Positions 1 to 8,021 of a stretch of DNA of 20,000 bases are shown here, piece by piece. A model generated the notes under the pieces. The model saw only the letters and a program-made list of their open reading frames with translations. It was not told where the DNA came from and did no database searches. Each line of letters opens with the position of its first letter. The first letter of the stretch is position 1. This DNA is from an uncultured virus (IMG/VR IMGVR_UViG_3300011008_002732). Taxonomy: Duplodnaviria; Heunggongvirae; Uroviricota; Caudoviricetes. Location: the IMG/VR virus record IMGVR_UViG_3300011008_002732; one strand, 5' to 3'. The position numbers and the translations under genes are program-made.

Positions 1-492
1 GTTGAACTTCTCATATTCGGAATACTCTCCGGCATCACTACACCACTCCTGGAGATACTTCTTCGATTTCTCCGTGGAATAGGTGAACGTGCCGTCGCAG
101 CACATCCCTTCCGTCATTTCTATCCCGAAGTCACAGGCATATACGTCCCGGCCCTCGTATTCGTCTATCTCGTCGAGGATGAACTGCTTGCAGTAGTCGA
201 AGAACGGCTCCACATCTTCTTCCTCATCAACCTCGATGGGGTACAATTCGTCCACATCAACGAACAGCAACTCCTTGTTATCATGGGCATCCTTGAACTC
301 ATTGCCGTTGAGATACCACCCTTCAGCAATTCCCTTAGTCTTGACGTACTGGCAAATCCAGTAGTGCAATTTCTCGTCGAGACCTCCGTAACCTCTTACA
401 AGATACGAGTGGATTTCCCTGCCGTTCAGTTCGGGAACTTCCTCCGGCCACTTGTGCCTGCAGGCATCGTCATTGATTATCAGTTTCTTCAT
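1..492 (-). CDS. Acidic hypothetical protein, runs off the window (not in ORF track)
   Basis: ATG at 492 gives MKKLIINDDACRHKWPEE...DVDELYPIEVDEEEDVEPFFDYCKQFILDEIDEYEGRDVYACDF...EYSEYEKFN; open to position 1; overlaps the end of the upstream gene. Confidence 0.8.
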   Translation of the reverse strand, partial: MKKLIINDDACRHKWPEEVPELNGREIHSYLVRGYGGLDEKLHYWICQYVKTKGIAEGWYLNGNEFKDAHDNKELLFVDVDELYPIEVDEEEDVEPFFDYCKQFILDEIDEYEGRDVYACDFGIEMTEGMCCDGTFTYSTEKSKKYLQEWCSDAGEYSEYEKFN

Positions 493-901
493 CTTCGTCC
501 TCATCTTCTTCCAAGTGGTCTTCTACATACTTCTGAAAATCCTGCTTAACGTCCTCATCGGACATATTTTCAGCAGACTCGTCAGATACCCACTCGTCGA
601 TTAGTTCTTTAAAATCTTCGTCATACTCCTCTTGAAGGATGCTGCGGTAGTGGTCCTCCCAATCCTCATCATCTTGATTGGTCAGCGCCTCATAGTTCCG
701 ATAGCCGAGCAGATCAGCAATCTGGTCTCGCTCTAACCACAGGAAATCATTCAGTTCCGTGTCGGTGATGCCATCGGGGTACATTTCCTCGATGTGCTGC
801 TCCAGCCTTTCACAATCGGAATGGCTCAAATCGTCCAAGGTGTCCTTTCCACCCGACCATGCCTCAAAGTTTTCAAGGCTTTCGTAACAGATAATCTTCA
901 T
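470..901 (-). CDS. Very acidic phage protein (candidate DNA mimic)
   Basis: 143 aa, about one third Asp/Glu; N-terminal FEAWSGGKDTL...TDTELNDFLW pattern typical of a small phage family; AAGAGCA before ATG. Confidence 0.85.
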   Translation of the reverse strand: MKIICYESLENFEAWSGGKDTLDDLSHSDCERLEQHIEEMYPDGITDTELNDFLWLERDQIADLLGYRNYEALTNQDDEDWEDHYRSILQEEYDEDFKELIDEWVSDESAENMSDEDVKQDFQKYVEDHLEEDEDEDEETDNQ

Positions 902-1021
902 TGCTCTTTACTTTTTACATTTCTTATATAACAAAGAGGGGGGAGGGGGTCTGCTTTTACGTCTGCCTTATCCCTCATTTGCGATAGCCGACGAACGCTA
1001 TCTTTCGATCACACCCAGCTC

Positions 1022-1411
1022 TTATTCCCTTATCTTATTCATTTCCGATACCAGCCAGTCTATCTCTGCCTCTGTCAGCGGATAGCCCTGCTCTCTCCTG
1101 AAGTTGATGATGAACAACTGACCTACGGCATCCAACAGGCGGTCGTAGATATTGGAGGGGATGGCACCTTCAAAGTCGGCTATCAATCCCTTCACGAAGT
1201 TCTGCTTGCTTTCCTTGGCTTTCTTCTTCTCCTCCTGTACCTGCTGCTCATAGATGGAGGCTTTCTGATAGAACTGGCAGCAGTACTCCAGCCCGAAATC
1301 ATTCTTGATGTTCTCACACATCTGGTCGATGTCGTGCGCTCCGAAGAAATCTTGGAAGTAGGTGTCACCTTTGAGTGACTGCAAAATCTGAATTTCTTGT
1401 TTCTTATCCAT
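1022..1411 (-). CDS. Hypothetical phage protein
   Basis: 129 aa ORF with AAGAGCA-ATG start. Confidence 0.8.
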   Translation of the reverse strand: MDKKQEIQILQSLKGDTYFQDFFGAHDIDQMCENIKNDFGLEYCCQFYQKASIYEQQVQEEKKKAKESKQNFVKGLIADFEGAIPSNIYDRLLDAVGQLFIINFRREQGYPLTEAEIDWLVSEMNKIRE

Positions 1412-1440
1412 TGCTCTTTTCTTTATAGATGAATACTCTC

Positions 1441-1623
1441 TTAGTTGAAGTACGCTGTTCTGATGGCTTTCTTCACCGTCCTTTCAGCGTGGATATAGCC
1501 ACCTCCGCAGAGTCTTTTGATTTCACCATTCTCGCTTTCTGCGAAAGTGCCTCTCTGAATGAAGTCAGACCAAACCTTGAATTGCTGACCCTTTACTTCG
1601 ATGTTTCTTACGTTTGCTTTCAT
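1441..1623 (-). CDS. Small hypothetical protein (MKANVRNIEVKG..., 60 aa)
   Basis: Start moved from 1704 to ATG 1623, which has the AAGAGCA motif and lies downstream of the promoter at 1661-1692. Confidence 0.75.
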   Translation of the reverse strand: MKANVRNIEVKGQQFKVWSDFIQRGTFAESENGEIKRLCGGGYIHAERTVKKAIRTAYFN

Positions 1624-1652
1624 TGCTCTTCTTTGTTTTATGAGGTTCTTTA

Positions 1653-1692
1653 ATTTGATGTAAAGGTAGTCATTTTTTTGCAAATGACCAAA
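1653..1692 (-). promoter_or_regulatory. Bacteroidetes-type promoter with internal inverted repeat, copy 1
   Basis: Minus strand TTTG (1692-1689), 20 nt, TACCTTTA (1668-1661); GTCATTT-N6-AAATGAC palindrome in the spacer; 37/40 identical to 8311-8350. Confidence 0.75.
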
Positions 1693-1737
1693 TTTCTCGG
1701 GCATTATTTTCGCTATAAAAACATAATAATCAATGAT

Positions 1738-2028
1738 TTAACTTTTGCTTGCACAAGACCTTAAATCAGACAAGGAAACCTGCTTGATGTCCTCAATGGA
1801 ATACTTCTCCAGCAGCCATCCGGCGAATGTCTGTCGCCCGTCGGAGTGCCAGTAATATCTCGAATATAACCGCTGGCGCAAGATTCTCCTTTCGCGCTTC
1901 TCTGGGTTTTCCTGCTCACTCTTTTGGAGCCATTTCTTCTGTGCTTCAGCACACCTCCTTCTGAAGTGAAGGAAATCGTCCTGGCTGTCGAAGTGCTCAC
2001 GTTTGTACTTGTTCTGCTTCTTTGTCAT
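1738..2028 (-). CDS. Basic hypothetical protein
   Basis: 96 aa K/R-rich ORF, ATG 1 nt after the upstream stop. Confidence 0.7.
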   Translation of the reverse strand: MTKKQNKYKREHFDSQDDFLHFRRRCAEAQKKWLQKSEQENPEKRERRILRQRLYSRYYWHSDGRQTFAGWLLEKYSIEDIKQVSLSDLRSCASKS

Positions 2029-2029
2029 A

Positions 2030-2189
2030 TCAGTCTCTATTGATGTAACCTATTCTGTCCTCACCATAATCATCCATCCATGTGTGAGGGCCATCGTCTA
2101 ACTTAGCCTTGCCTCCGTCAATGTATCGGACGCAATGCTCCTTGAGGGCGCAACGGTAAGCGTTGCAGTAACAAAAAATCTGTCTTCAT
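2030..2189 (-). pseudogene. Small Cys-rich protein frameshifted at a T6 run
   Basis: ATG AAG ACA GAT TTT-T-TGT TAC TGC; removing one T gives MKTDFCYCNAYRCALKEHCVRYIDGG...INRD-stop, which fills the gap between its neighbours. Confidence 0.6.
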
Positions 2190-2193
2190 ATCT

Positions 2194-2631
2194 TCATTTC
2201 TTGATTTTGTCTAACCAAACATTATCATTCTCAAAGTAGAAGCGATAGCCCATGTACTTATGGTCGGTATTCACGGCTCCATTCCTGTCAAGCGTTCCAC
2301 GCTGGTTCTGACGACAGCAACGGGCAACATTGTATCTGCTACCATTACACCACTGAGCAGCGGCATCCACATAGAAAAAGAACAGGAACTTACCCTCATC
2401 CGTCACGGCTATAACTGCTTTCTTAGGCCGGCCCGAATTAGGTCCGCCTCCGTTGTTCCTGTGCAGTTCAAGGTTCTTCCAGCCTTTGGAGCAATTCTTC
2501 TGCTTATGCTTTGGAAGGTACTCGCTCCATTTCCTGCCCTTGTTCGCAGGGGTGTGGCCTTTCAAGAAGCGTCCGTTGACAGGGTTCCTGTAACTTCTTT
2601 CCGATTCTATGTACAATTCTCCGTAACTCAT
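2194..2631 (-). CDS. NUMOD-type DNA-binding motif protein
   Basis: GRFLKGHTPANKG motif and C-terminal KAVIAV...AAAQW...VARCC...GYRFYF (NUMOD1-like); no nuclease motif seen. Confidence 0.6.
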   Translation of the reverse strand: MSYGELYIESERSYRNPVNGRFLKGHTPANKGRKWSEYLPKHKQKNCSKGWKNLELHRNNGGGPNSGRPKKAVIAVTDEGKFLFFFYVDAAAQWCNGSRYNVARCCRQNQRGTLDRNGAVNTDHKYMGYRFYFENDNVWLDKIKK

Positions 2632-3107
2632 AAGTCTTCAAATAATTCCAGTTGTCTGATTGGTTCCTTGTGGTCCCTATGCTCGCTCATGTACCATGCG
2701 CGAAGTTCATTGGCAATCCTCGTTCTCTCAGCAATGCTGACATTCTTCTGATCTGCAAGGCTGTTTGCTCTGAGGGCGGCTTCAAGGCTACCGCCAATCT
2801 TCTTGTCGTCGAGAAACACCATGTACTCCGTAAACACTCTGTTGGTAGACTTGGCATCCTCAGCCTCACCCTCCGTCTGGTATCTCCAGCATACCGTGTA
2901 CTGAGCACTCCGCATTGACTTGCTCATACGATGGTGGTCAGCCACCCCCTCTGTATTCTCGTAGATGATACTGATACCTTCGCGCTTTCTTATCTTGCCG
3001 AGTTTGGCCCAGCCGTAGTAAACACGAAGACGAGACGGCTTCTTCTGAGTTTGAGGATTCTGCTTCAACTCAAGCCTCTTCAACTGGTCTATGAGGACGG
3101 TATTCAT
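2628..3107 (-). CDS. Hypothetical phage protein
   Basis: ATG 3107 overlaps the upstream stop (ATGA); 159 aa. Confidence 0.75.
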   Translation of the reverse strand: MNTVLIDQLKRLELKQNPQTQKKPSRLRVYYGWAKLGKIRKREGISIIYENTEGVADHHRMSKSMRSAQYTVCWRYQTEGEAEDAKSTNRVFTEYMVFLDDKKIGGSLEAALRANSLADQKNVSIAERTRIANELRAWYMSEHRDHKEPIRQLELFEDL

Positions 3108-3454
3108 AACTTGCTGTTCTTTCTGGTCTCTGCCCTGTGCTTGGCATCGTACCTGTTGTGACATGCCTGGCACAAAGCACGAAGATTATCTGGGTCGCAA
3201 TTCTCTGGCTGATGGTCGAGGTGGGCGACTGTCAAAACGATATGAGCAAGTTTCCCTGTTTTCTCATTCCAACGGTCGGTGTGATTCTCAACACCGCAGA
3301 ACTCACAGCGGTTATTGGCTCTCTTCAATATAGATGCTCGTATCTCTTTCCAGTTGGCAGGATAACGGCTCTTATTCTCTGGTCTTATTGGGTGCTCATC
3401 ACGATAGACTTGCATCTTCAAAATAGCACGTTTCAGTTCGTCACCTATTGTCAT
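3104..3454 (-). CDS. HNH endonuclease family protein
   Basis: RYPANWKEIR...CEFC...LTVAHLDH...N...NLRALCQACHNRYD. Confidence 0.85.
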   Translation of the reverse strand: MTIGDELKRAILKMQVYRDEHPIRPENKSRYPANWKEIRASILKRANNRCEFCGVENHTDRWNEKTGKLAHIVLTVAHLDHQPENCDPDNLRALCQACHNRYDAKHRAETRKNSKL

Positions 3455-3602
3455 ACCTTATTCTACGTTTTTTGTTAGACTTTTTACGATGTTCGTATTT
3501 TGTCTGGTTTCTGGCAATGTCGCAAGGCTTAGTGCCTTGACAGATGCAGTGATTTCCATACATCTTACTCTTTTGGTAATACTTACATCCAGTACACTTC
3601 AT
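3441..3602 (-). CDS. Small Cys-rich basic protein (53 aa; not in ORF track)
   Basis: MKCTGCKYYQKSKMYGNHCICQGTKPC...; ATGA overlap; AGAAAGGAGGT upstream. Confidence 0.65.
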   Translation of the reverse strand: MKCTGCKYYQKSKMYGNHCICQGTKPCDIARNQTKYEHRKKSNKKRRIRYDNR

Positions 3603-3781
3603 TTTGAACCTCCTTTCTCTTTAACATTCTGGAGTTTCTTTCCAGTCATGGGGCATATATCACCAACAGGAGCGGCACCGTCTTTCAGTCCAAAGTCGCA
3701 ACTCTGAGTATCTGCGCCTGTACGGTTCCATCCATCGACTGGAGTATAGCCATGCTCACAATTCAAACACTTACGCTTCAT
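3599..3781 (-). CDS. Small Cys-rich hypothetical protein
   Basis: MKRKCLNCEHG...CDFG...CP; ATG 1 nt after the upstream stop. Confidence 0.65.
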   Translation of the reverse strand: MKRKCLNCEHGYTPVDGWNRTGADTQSCDFGLKDGAAPVGDICPMTGKKLQNVKEKGGSK

Positions 3782-3782
3782 A

Positions 3783-4187
3783 CTATTTGGAATAGAAATT
3801 ACACCAACGTTCAAAATAGACTATACCATAGAATGGTTCTTTTATCTTTGCCCACACATCACTGAAAGTCTCTGGGATATTCCTCATTATGAAACCATCA
3901 CCAGTGCTACCGTCTGCATACTCGTAACCGCTTTTCTTTTCATCCTGCTTGCAGAGGAATTGAACAATTATTTTTGCAACGATGGAAGCATCAAAATCAA
4001 ACTGGTACTGTTGCCACCCTTTTATGTCGCTGTCACCTTTCCAACCTATGCAGTATTTACCATCATCTGTTGTCTGGAAGACAATTTTGCTATGGCTATT
4101 TTCAGAAAAGGACAACGCAAATCGTAACACCTCTTCTAACAGTTCCATGCGACCAGATATTTGAAAGACTTGATTACTTGGAAACAT
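3783..4187 (-). CDS. Hypothetical phage protein
   Basis: 134 aa ORF with GAAAGGAGG upstream. Confidence 0.75.
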   Translation of the reverse strand: MFPSNQVFQISGRMELLEEVLRFALSFSENSHSKIVFQTTDDGKYCIGWKGDSDIKGWQQYQFDFDASIVAKIIVQFLCKQDEKKSGYEYADGSTGDGFIMRNIPETFSDVWAKIKEPFYGIVYFERWCNFYSK

Positions 4188-4188
4188 C

Positions 4189-4347
4189 TTACTTTCCTCC
4201 TTTCACAAAAATCACATTCTTGCCATCTGACCTATAATCTTTGTGGCAATGACCACTAAACTTGCAATCATCACCTCCAGCAAGAAAAGCGCAACCGCTA
4301 CAGTCTTCATTGTCGGTTTTCTCGACACACAGCAAATGCTCCCCCAA
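4189..4347 (-). pseudogene. Cys-rich ORF lacking a clear start, out of frame with the upstream gene
   Basis: (TTG)GEHLLCVEKTDNEDCSGCAFLAGGDDCKFSGHCHKDYRSDGKNVIFVKGGK-stop, ending 1 nt before the next ATG; begins at a G5 run. Confidence 0.5.
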
Positions 4348-4663
4348 TTAGAGCATCAGCAAACGACACAGCGGATGAGGCACAAACTTCTGCTAAAGTC
4401 TTTCCTTCGGCATCATCACCCAAACTATGACCTGACATCAATATGGAGCGAGAAGTTTCAGCGGCATAAGGCAGCATTTCCCTTGCTATCTCATATCTAC
4501 GCTGTTCCCAATCCACACTTGCAGGAAACTCAAACATTTCTGTCGGAATAATGATTTTGTTAGAATCTTTTGGGTCGAAAAAACCAATAACTTTCGTTTC
4601 CTGTGCATCAAAGCACGGAATCATATCGACCATCTTTTCTTCTGCTCTACTATATACTTTCAT
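4307..4663 (-). CDS. Hypothetical phage protein (DWEQRRYEIAREM motif family)
   Basis: 118 aa; motif common in Bacteroidales phage early proteins. Confidence 0.75.
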   Translation of the reverse strand: MKVYSRAEEKMVDMIPCFDAQETKVIGFFDPKDSNKIIIPTEMFEFPASVDWEQRRYEIAREMLPYAAETSRSILMSGHSLGDDAEGKTLAEVCASSAVSFADALIGGAFAVCRENRQ

Positions 4664-4839
4664 TTCTTGATTATCTCTTTAATTGAGGTTGTGGCAAACC
4701 TTTCGGCATCCACTTCCACGAATTTAACCATTCCTACTATTAAATTCTTGATTACAGGATTGTCGGTCTGACTTATCAACATGCGTCCGTCTTTCGTTAC
4801 CAGTGTTATCTGGCAGGTTTCAATATCAGCGGTAGTCAT
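4660..4839 (-). CDS. Small hypothetical protein (59 aa; not in ORF track)
   Basis: MTTADIETCQITLVTKDGRMLISQTDNPVIK...; ATGA overlaps at both ends. Confidence 0.7.
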   Translation of the reverse strand: MTTADIETCQITLVTKDGRMLISQTDNPVIKNLIVGMVKFVEVDAERFATTSIKEIIKK

Positions 4840-5018
4840 AGATGGTCATATTCAATTTCCTGCCAATCCTTACCATTGAATGTAACTTTGTCGGCAGCGA
4901 CATCAATAACACAGTTGATTGTCTCACCATTCCACATATTTTCGTAGGTGTACCAGTCAGTCCAAAATGCTGTCTGATCTTTGCATATTACCAAATACTT
5001 CATATTATCTGTATTCAA
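4836..5018 (-). CDS. Small hypothetical protein
   Basis: 60 aa, ATGA overlaps. Confidence 0.7.
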   Translation of the reverse strand: MNTDNMKYLVICKDQTAFWTDWYTYENMWNGETINCVIDVAADKVTFNGKDWQEIEYDHL

Positions 5019-5227
5019 AGCGTTTTAACCTCTTCTTCGATTTCTTCATTGCGCTCAAATAGTGCTTTCAGAATCTTATCTTTCGTTTTGCGGTCATGGA
5101 CACAGGCGAAAGTGTCATTTCCATAAACCTTAACCATACCATCACCTTGTAAGAAACTGACGGCAGTTTTCAATTCTTTCAATTCATTGGCCAGTTGGTT
5201 GGCCCTCTGTAAATTCCGTATTTCCAT
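5015..5227 (-). CDS. Small hypothetical protein
   Basis: 70 aa, tightly packed in the operon. Confidence 0.7.
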   Translation of the reverse strand: MEIRNLQRANQLANELKELKTAVSFLQGDGMVKVYGNDTFACVHDRKTKDKILKALFERNEEIEEEVKTL

Positions 5228-5229
5228 AA

Positions 5230-5691
5230 TTAAAATAATCTTGACCTAATACGATTCCAATAATTCTTTTTCGAGTAGTTCCTACGCTTATCGTAGGCAT
5301 AGAGTTTTGAACGGTATGGGGGCAATTCCCTCTCTGGCTCATTCAGAATGGCAGCATCCATCAACTGTATCTCTGGCGGTTCTGGCATGGTCAGAACATG
5401 ACACGGCACAGCTTCCGTTACAACCTCAATGGCACGAAACACCTCTTCACTGACTTCAATATGCACGTCAACGGTCTGTTGCTCCACGTCAGGCGCAAGC
5501 TGCTCACTCTGGAACTCTAACCATGTGTCGATGTCAGAGCGAGAGACACGGCCCACACTCAACGCTTCTACAAACTGACACAAAGAATCATATCCAGTAC
5601 CAATGCGCTTTTTGAGCATTCCGTATCTGGCATAGATGGTGCCAACTTTGAATCTTATCGTATATTCCAGTTCTGCCATGTTGCCAGTCAA
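5230..5691 (-). CDS. Hypothetical protein
   Basis: 153 aa ORF; start uncertain (TTG 5691 or a downstream ATG). Confidence 0.7.
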   Translation of the reverse strand: MTGNMAELEYTIRFKVGTIYARYGMLKKRIGTGYDSLCQFVEALSVGRVSRSDIDTWLEFQSEQLAPDVEQQTVDVHIEVSEEVFRAIEVVTEAVPCHVLTMPEPPEIQLMDAAILNEPERELPPYRSKLYAYDKRRNYSKKNYWNRIRSRLF

Positions 5692-6272
5692 CTCAATTTG
5701 AACGTGAACACATAAACATAAGGGTTACTATCCCATGTTCCCTTACCGCTAACCTTATCAATGAGGGAAGAGAACGCATCCTTTGGGGTACGATACCATT
5801 TTGATTTCCCCTCTCCAATCCGATAGCCATATTTAGCCACGCCTTTAGGGTCATACATTATTCCCTCTGCCAGACAATCTTCATCCGAAATGTCCTGCAG
5901 ACGTTCAAAGTCAACTCCAGTTATCTTGATTCTGACAGGCATATATTCAGCCTTGACGAACATCTTATTTCCCCAACCTGGCGATTCAGTTATAAACTCA
6001 TCACCAACCATTTCAAAGTCTGAATCTGGGTAGATTTCTCTATACCTCTGCGCAACGGCAATAACCTCACCGACCTTGATAGGACACACTTTCAGAGCAA
6101 ACTCTTTCAACGGCAATTCACGTTGGGTTGGATTTCCGAGAATACCTGTCAACTCTTCTGCAATATCCCACTGCCGGACTACTCTTGACGCAATCCGTCT
6201 GGTCTTACTTTTTGCTCCATGAATGACAGATGCGGTCAAGCCACACCTGTCATTGAACATCATCTTTCTCAT
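5688..6272 (-). CDS. ASCH/PUA-like domain phage protein
   Basis: MFND...VIHGAKSKTRR at the N-terminus; ERLQDISDEDCLAEGI; WDSNPYVYVFTF at the C-terminus. Confidence 0.7.
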   Translation of the reverse strand: MRKMMFNDRCGLTASVIHGAKSKTRRIASRVVRQWDIAEELTGILGNPTQRELPLKEFALKVCPIKVGEVIAVAQRYREIYPDSDFEMVGDEFITESPGWGNKMFVKAEYMPVRIKITGVDFERLQDISDEDCLAEGIMYDPKGVAKYGYRIGEGKSKWYRTPKDAFSSLIDKVSGKGTWDSNPYVYVFTFKLS

Positions 6273-6544
6273 ACCTCCTTGATTTCAAAAACGTGGAACA
6301 CCAGTTTACCTTCATACATCTGGACGGTGCCGATGTAGTTTTCAATGATGCTGTCTTCGACAGGGTAGCCAGTTCCGGCTATGCGGAACCAGCGTTCCTC
6401 CAATGTCATTTTGTTTGGGTCAACAGCTGCCCAAAGGCAGGGTCTTCCGTTCTGAACTTGAACGGAAAGAACCCTTGCGCCCTTTGGCATCATGACTACC
6501 ACTTCGTCTTGAATGTCGAGCGGATATTTGTACACCCTTTTCAT
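6269..6544 (-). CDS. Conserved small phage protein
   Basis: VYKYPL...MPKGARVLSVQVQ...LWAAVD...GTG...YIGTVQ...LVFHVFE pattern; AGAAAGGAGG upstream. Confidence 0.75.
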   Translation of the reverse strand: MKRVYKYPLDIQDEVVVMMPKGARVLSVQVQNGRPCLWAAVDPNKMTLEERWFRIAGTGYPVEDSIIENYIGTVQMYEGKLVFHVFEIKEV

Positions 6545-6918
6545 TCCTCAGCCTCCTTTCTGTTGAATGGACCAACATAGTCAGCCCAAATCTGGATGAA
6601 CTGCTTACCGAAGTAGACGGCCAGTTCATCTGACTTGACAGCAAGGCGAGAGCCGATGNNNNNNNNNNNNNNNNNNNNNNNNNNNNNNNNNNNNNNNNNN
6701 NNNNNNNNNNNNNNNGAGATATTGGCAGTTCGGCTTAACTCATCATATTCCATCACTAACGGATTGTCGTCACCGAGTTCTCGTATGGCATCTTCAAAGG
6801 TCTTGATGCGCTCCATTACTGGGCGGTTGTCATTTACTTCCTCGTCGATGATGGTTAACACTCCATTGACCCATTCGGCTTTCTTGCCATCGGGTACTGC
6901 GATTGTTACTTCTTTCAT
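6541..6918 (-). CDS. Putative DGR target-like protein, interrupted by an assembly gap
   Basis: RIKTFEDA...[57 N]...IGSRLAVKSDELAVYFGKQFIQIWADY; GSRL is the typical end of a CLec-type variable repeat; true length unknown. Confidence 0.6.
   Translation of the reverse strand: MKEVTIAVPDGKKAEWVNGVLTIIDEEVNDNRPVMERIKTFEDAIRELGDDNPLVMEYDELSRTANIXXXXXXXXXXXXXXXXXXXXIGSRLAVKSDELAVYFGKQFIQIWADYVGPFNRKEAEE
6659..6715. other. Assembly gap (57 N)
   Basis: Run of n; the only ambiguous stretch in the window. Confidence 0.99.
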
Positions 6919-6944
6919 TGCTCTTTGTTGTTTAGGGGTTTAAC

Positions 6945-7172
6945 TTATAATTCCTGTGCTATTGCCATTATGGCCAACACCATCGGCAACTGTGTGTTAG
7001 CCTCCTTGTTGTCCATTTTGTCGAGGTCGATTAGGATGGGTTCCTCGGAAGCCTTCAGTCTTTCGACCACTGCCTCCAACTTCTTCTCGTCCTCCTCAGT
7101 GTCCGCATCGGCCATGAGGATGCCCTGTGCAAGCATCAGAGCCTTGTTCTTGATTTCAATACAAACTTTCAT
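6945..7172 (-). CDS. Small hypothetical protein
   Basis: 75 aa in the operon. Confidence 0.7.
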   Translation of the reverse strand: MKVCIEIKNKALMLAQGILMADADTEEDEKKLEAVVERLKASEEPILIDLDKMDNKEANTQLPMVLAIMAIAQEL

Positions 7173-7184
7173 AATCTCACTGAT

Positions 7185-8021
7185 TTATTTGACTTCAAAT
7201 TCTATCTGTCCGAATTTCTTCTGTATAATCTTCATCGACGTGACCACATGGCCCTCAAACTTGAACTTGCAGGGAGCAGCATAAGCCTCCATGCAATCAC
7301 GCAGCGACTCATTGATGGGGTTGGTATAGACAGGAACCTCTCCTCCAAGTTTCTCCGACATCAGAGCGTCCATGCGTCTGTTGTGCTCCTTCAACATCTG
7401 GAGCATCACCATTGCTATGCAGGCATCCGTCCGCATGTCGAGGTATGGGTCTGTAGCCCACTGCTTCTTCAGTTCGTTGTTCAACGAGTAGAACAGGAGC
7501 ATGAAGTCCGTCTGGCATTTCTTCACGAACTCATCGGCCGATTTCTCCATCTTCTCGATGTGCGCCCTGTCGAGGTCTTTCCTGCAGTCACGGAGATAGT
7601 TCTCGCGCAACTCCTTGACAGTCCGGCTCAGTTTCTTCGTCTCTGATATTCTGTTGTCAATGCCAAACCTCACAACCTTGAAGGCGAAGTACCAGGCCAC
7701 TTCTGTGATGATGAGAGGAACAAAGGCAATATTCATGTTCTCCTCGAAGGTGAAGGTCTCTAACATCGTCATGGTGCCGTCATGCACCTGACGCTTGAAC
7801 TGATCCTCCGTGACTGGCACTCCAGGAATAGCGGAAACCTTGGCCGGCTTCTTCTCCTCTTCCTTGCAACCGAAATGGGTCTTGCGGTTGAGCATCTTGC
7901 CATCCATCTTATAGGCGATGTTCAAATACCACTCGCCCTTTGCAATGGGCTTGCCGCATTTTGCGCAGGTATGCTCCTTCCTCGCCTTGGGGGTGGTGAT
8001 ATGGATAACTTTCTCCTTCAT
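7185..8021 (-). CDS. Hypothetical protein with N-terminal zinc-finger-like motif
   Basis: ARKEHTCAKCGKPIAKGE...HFGC followed by a helical domain. Confidence 0.8.
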   Translation of the reverse strand: MKEKVIHITTPKARKEHTCAKCGKPIAKGEWYLNIAYKMDGKMLNRKTHFGCKEEEKKPAKVSAIPGVPVTEDQFKRQVHDGTMTMLETFTFEENMNIAFVPLIITEVAWYFAFKVVRFGIDNRISETKKLSRTVKELRENYLRDCRKDLDRAHIEKMEKSADEFVKKCQTDFMLLFYSLNNELKKQWATDPYLDMRTDACIAMVMLQMLKEHNRRMDALMSEKLGGEVPVYTNPINESLRDCMEAYAAPCKFKFEGHVVTSMKIIQKKFGQIEFEVK

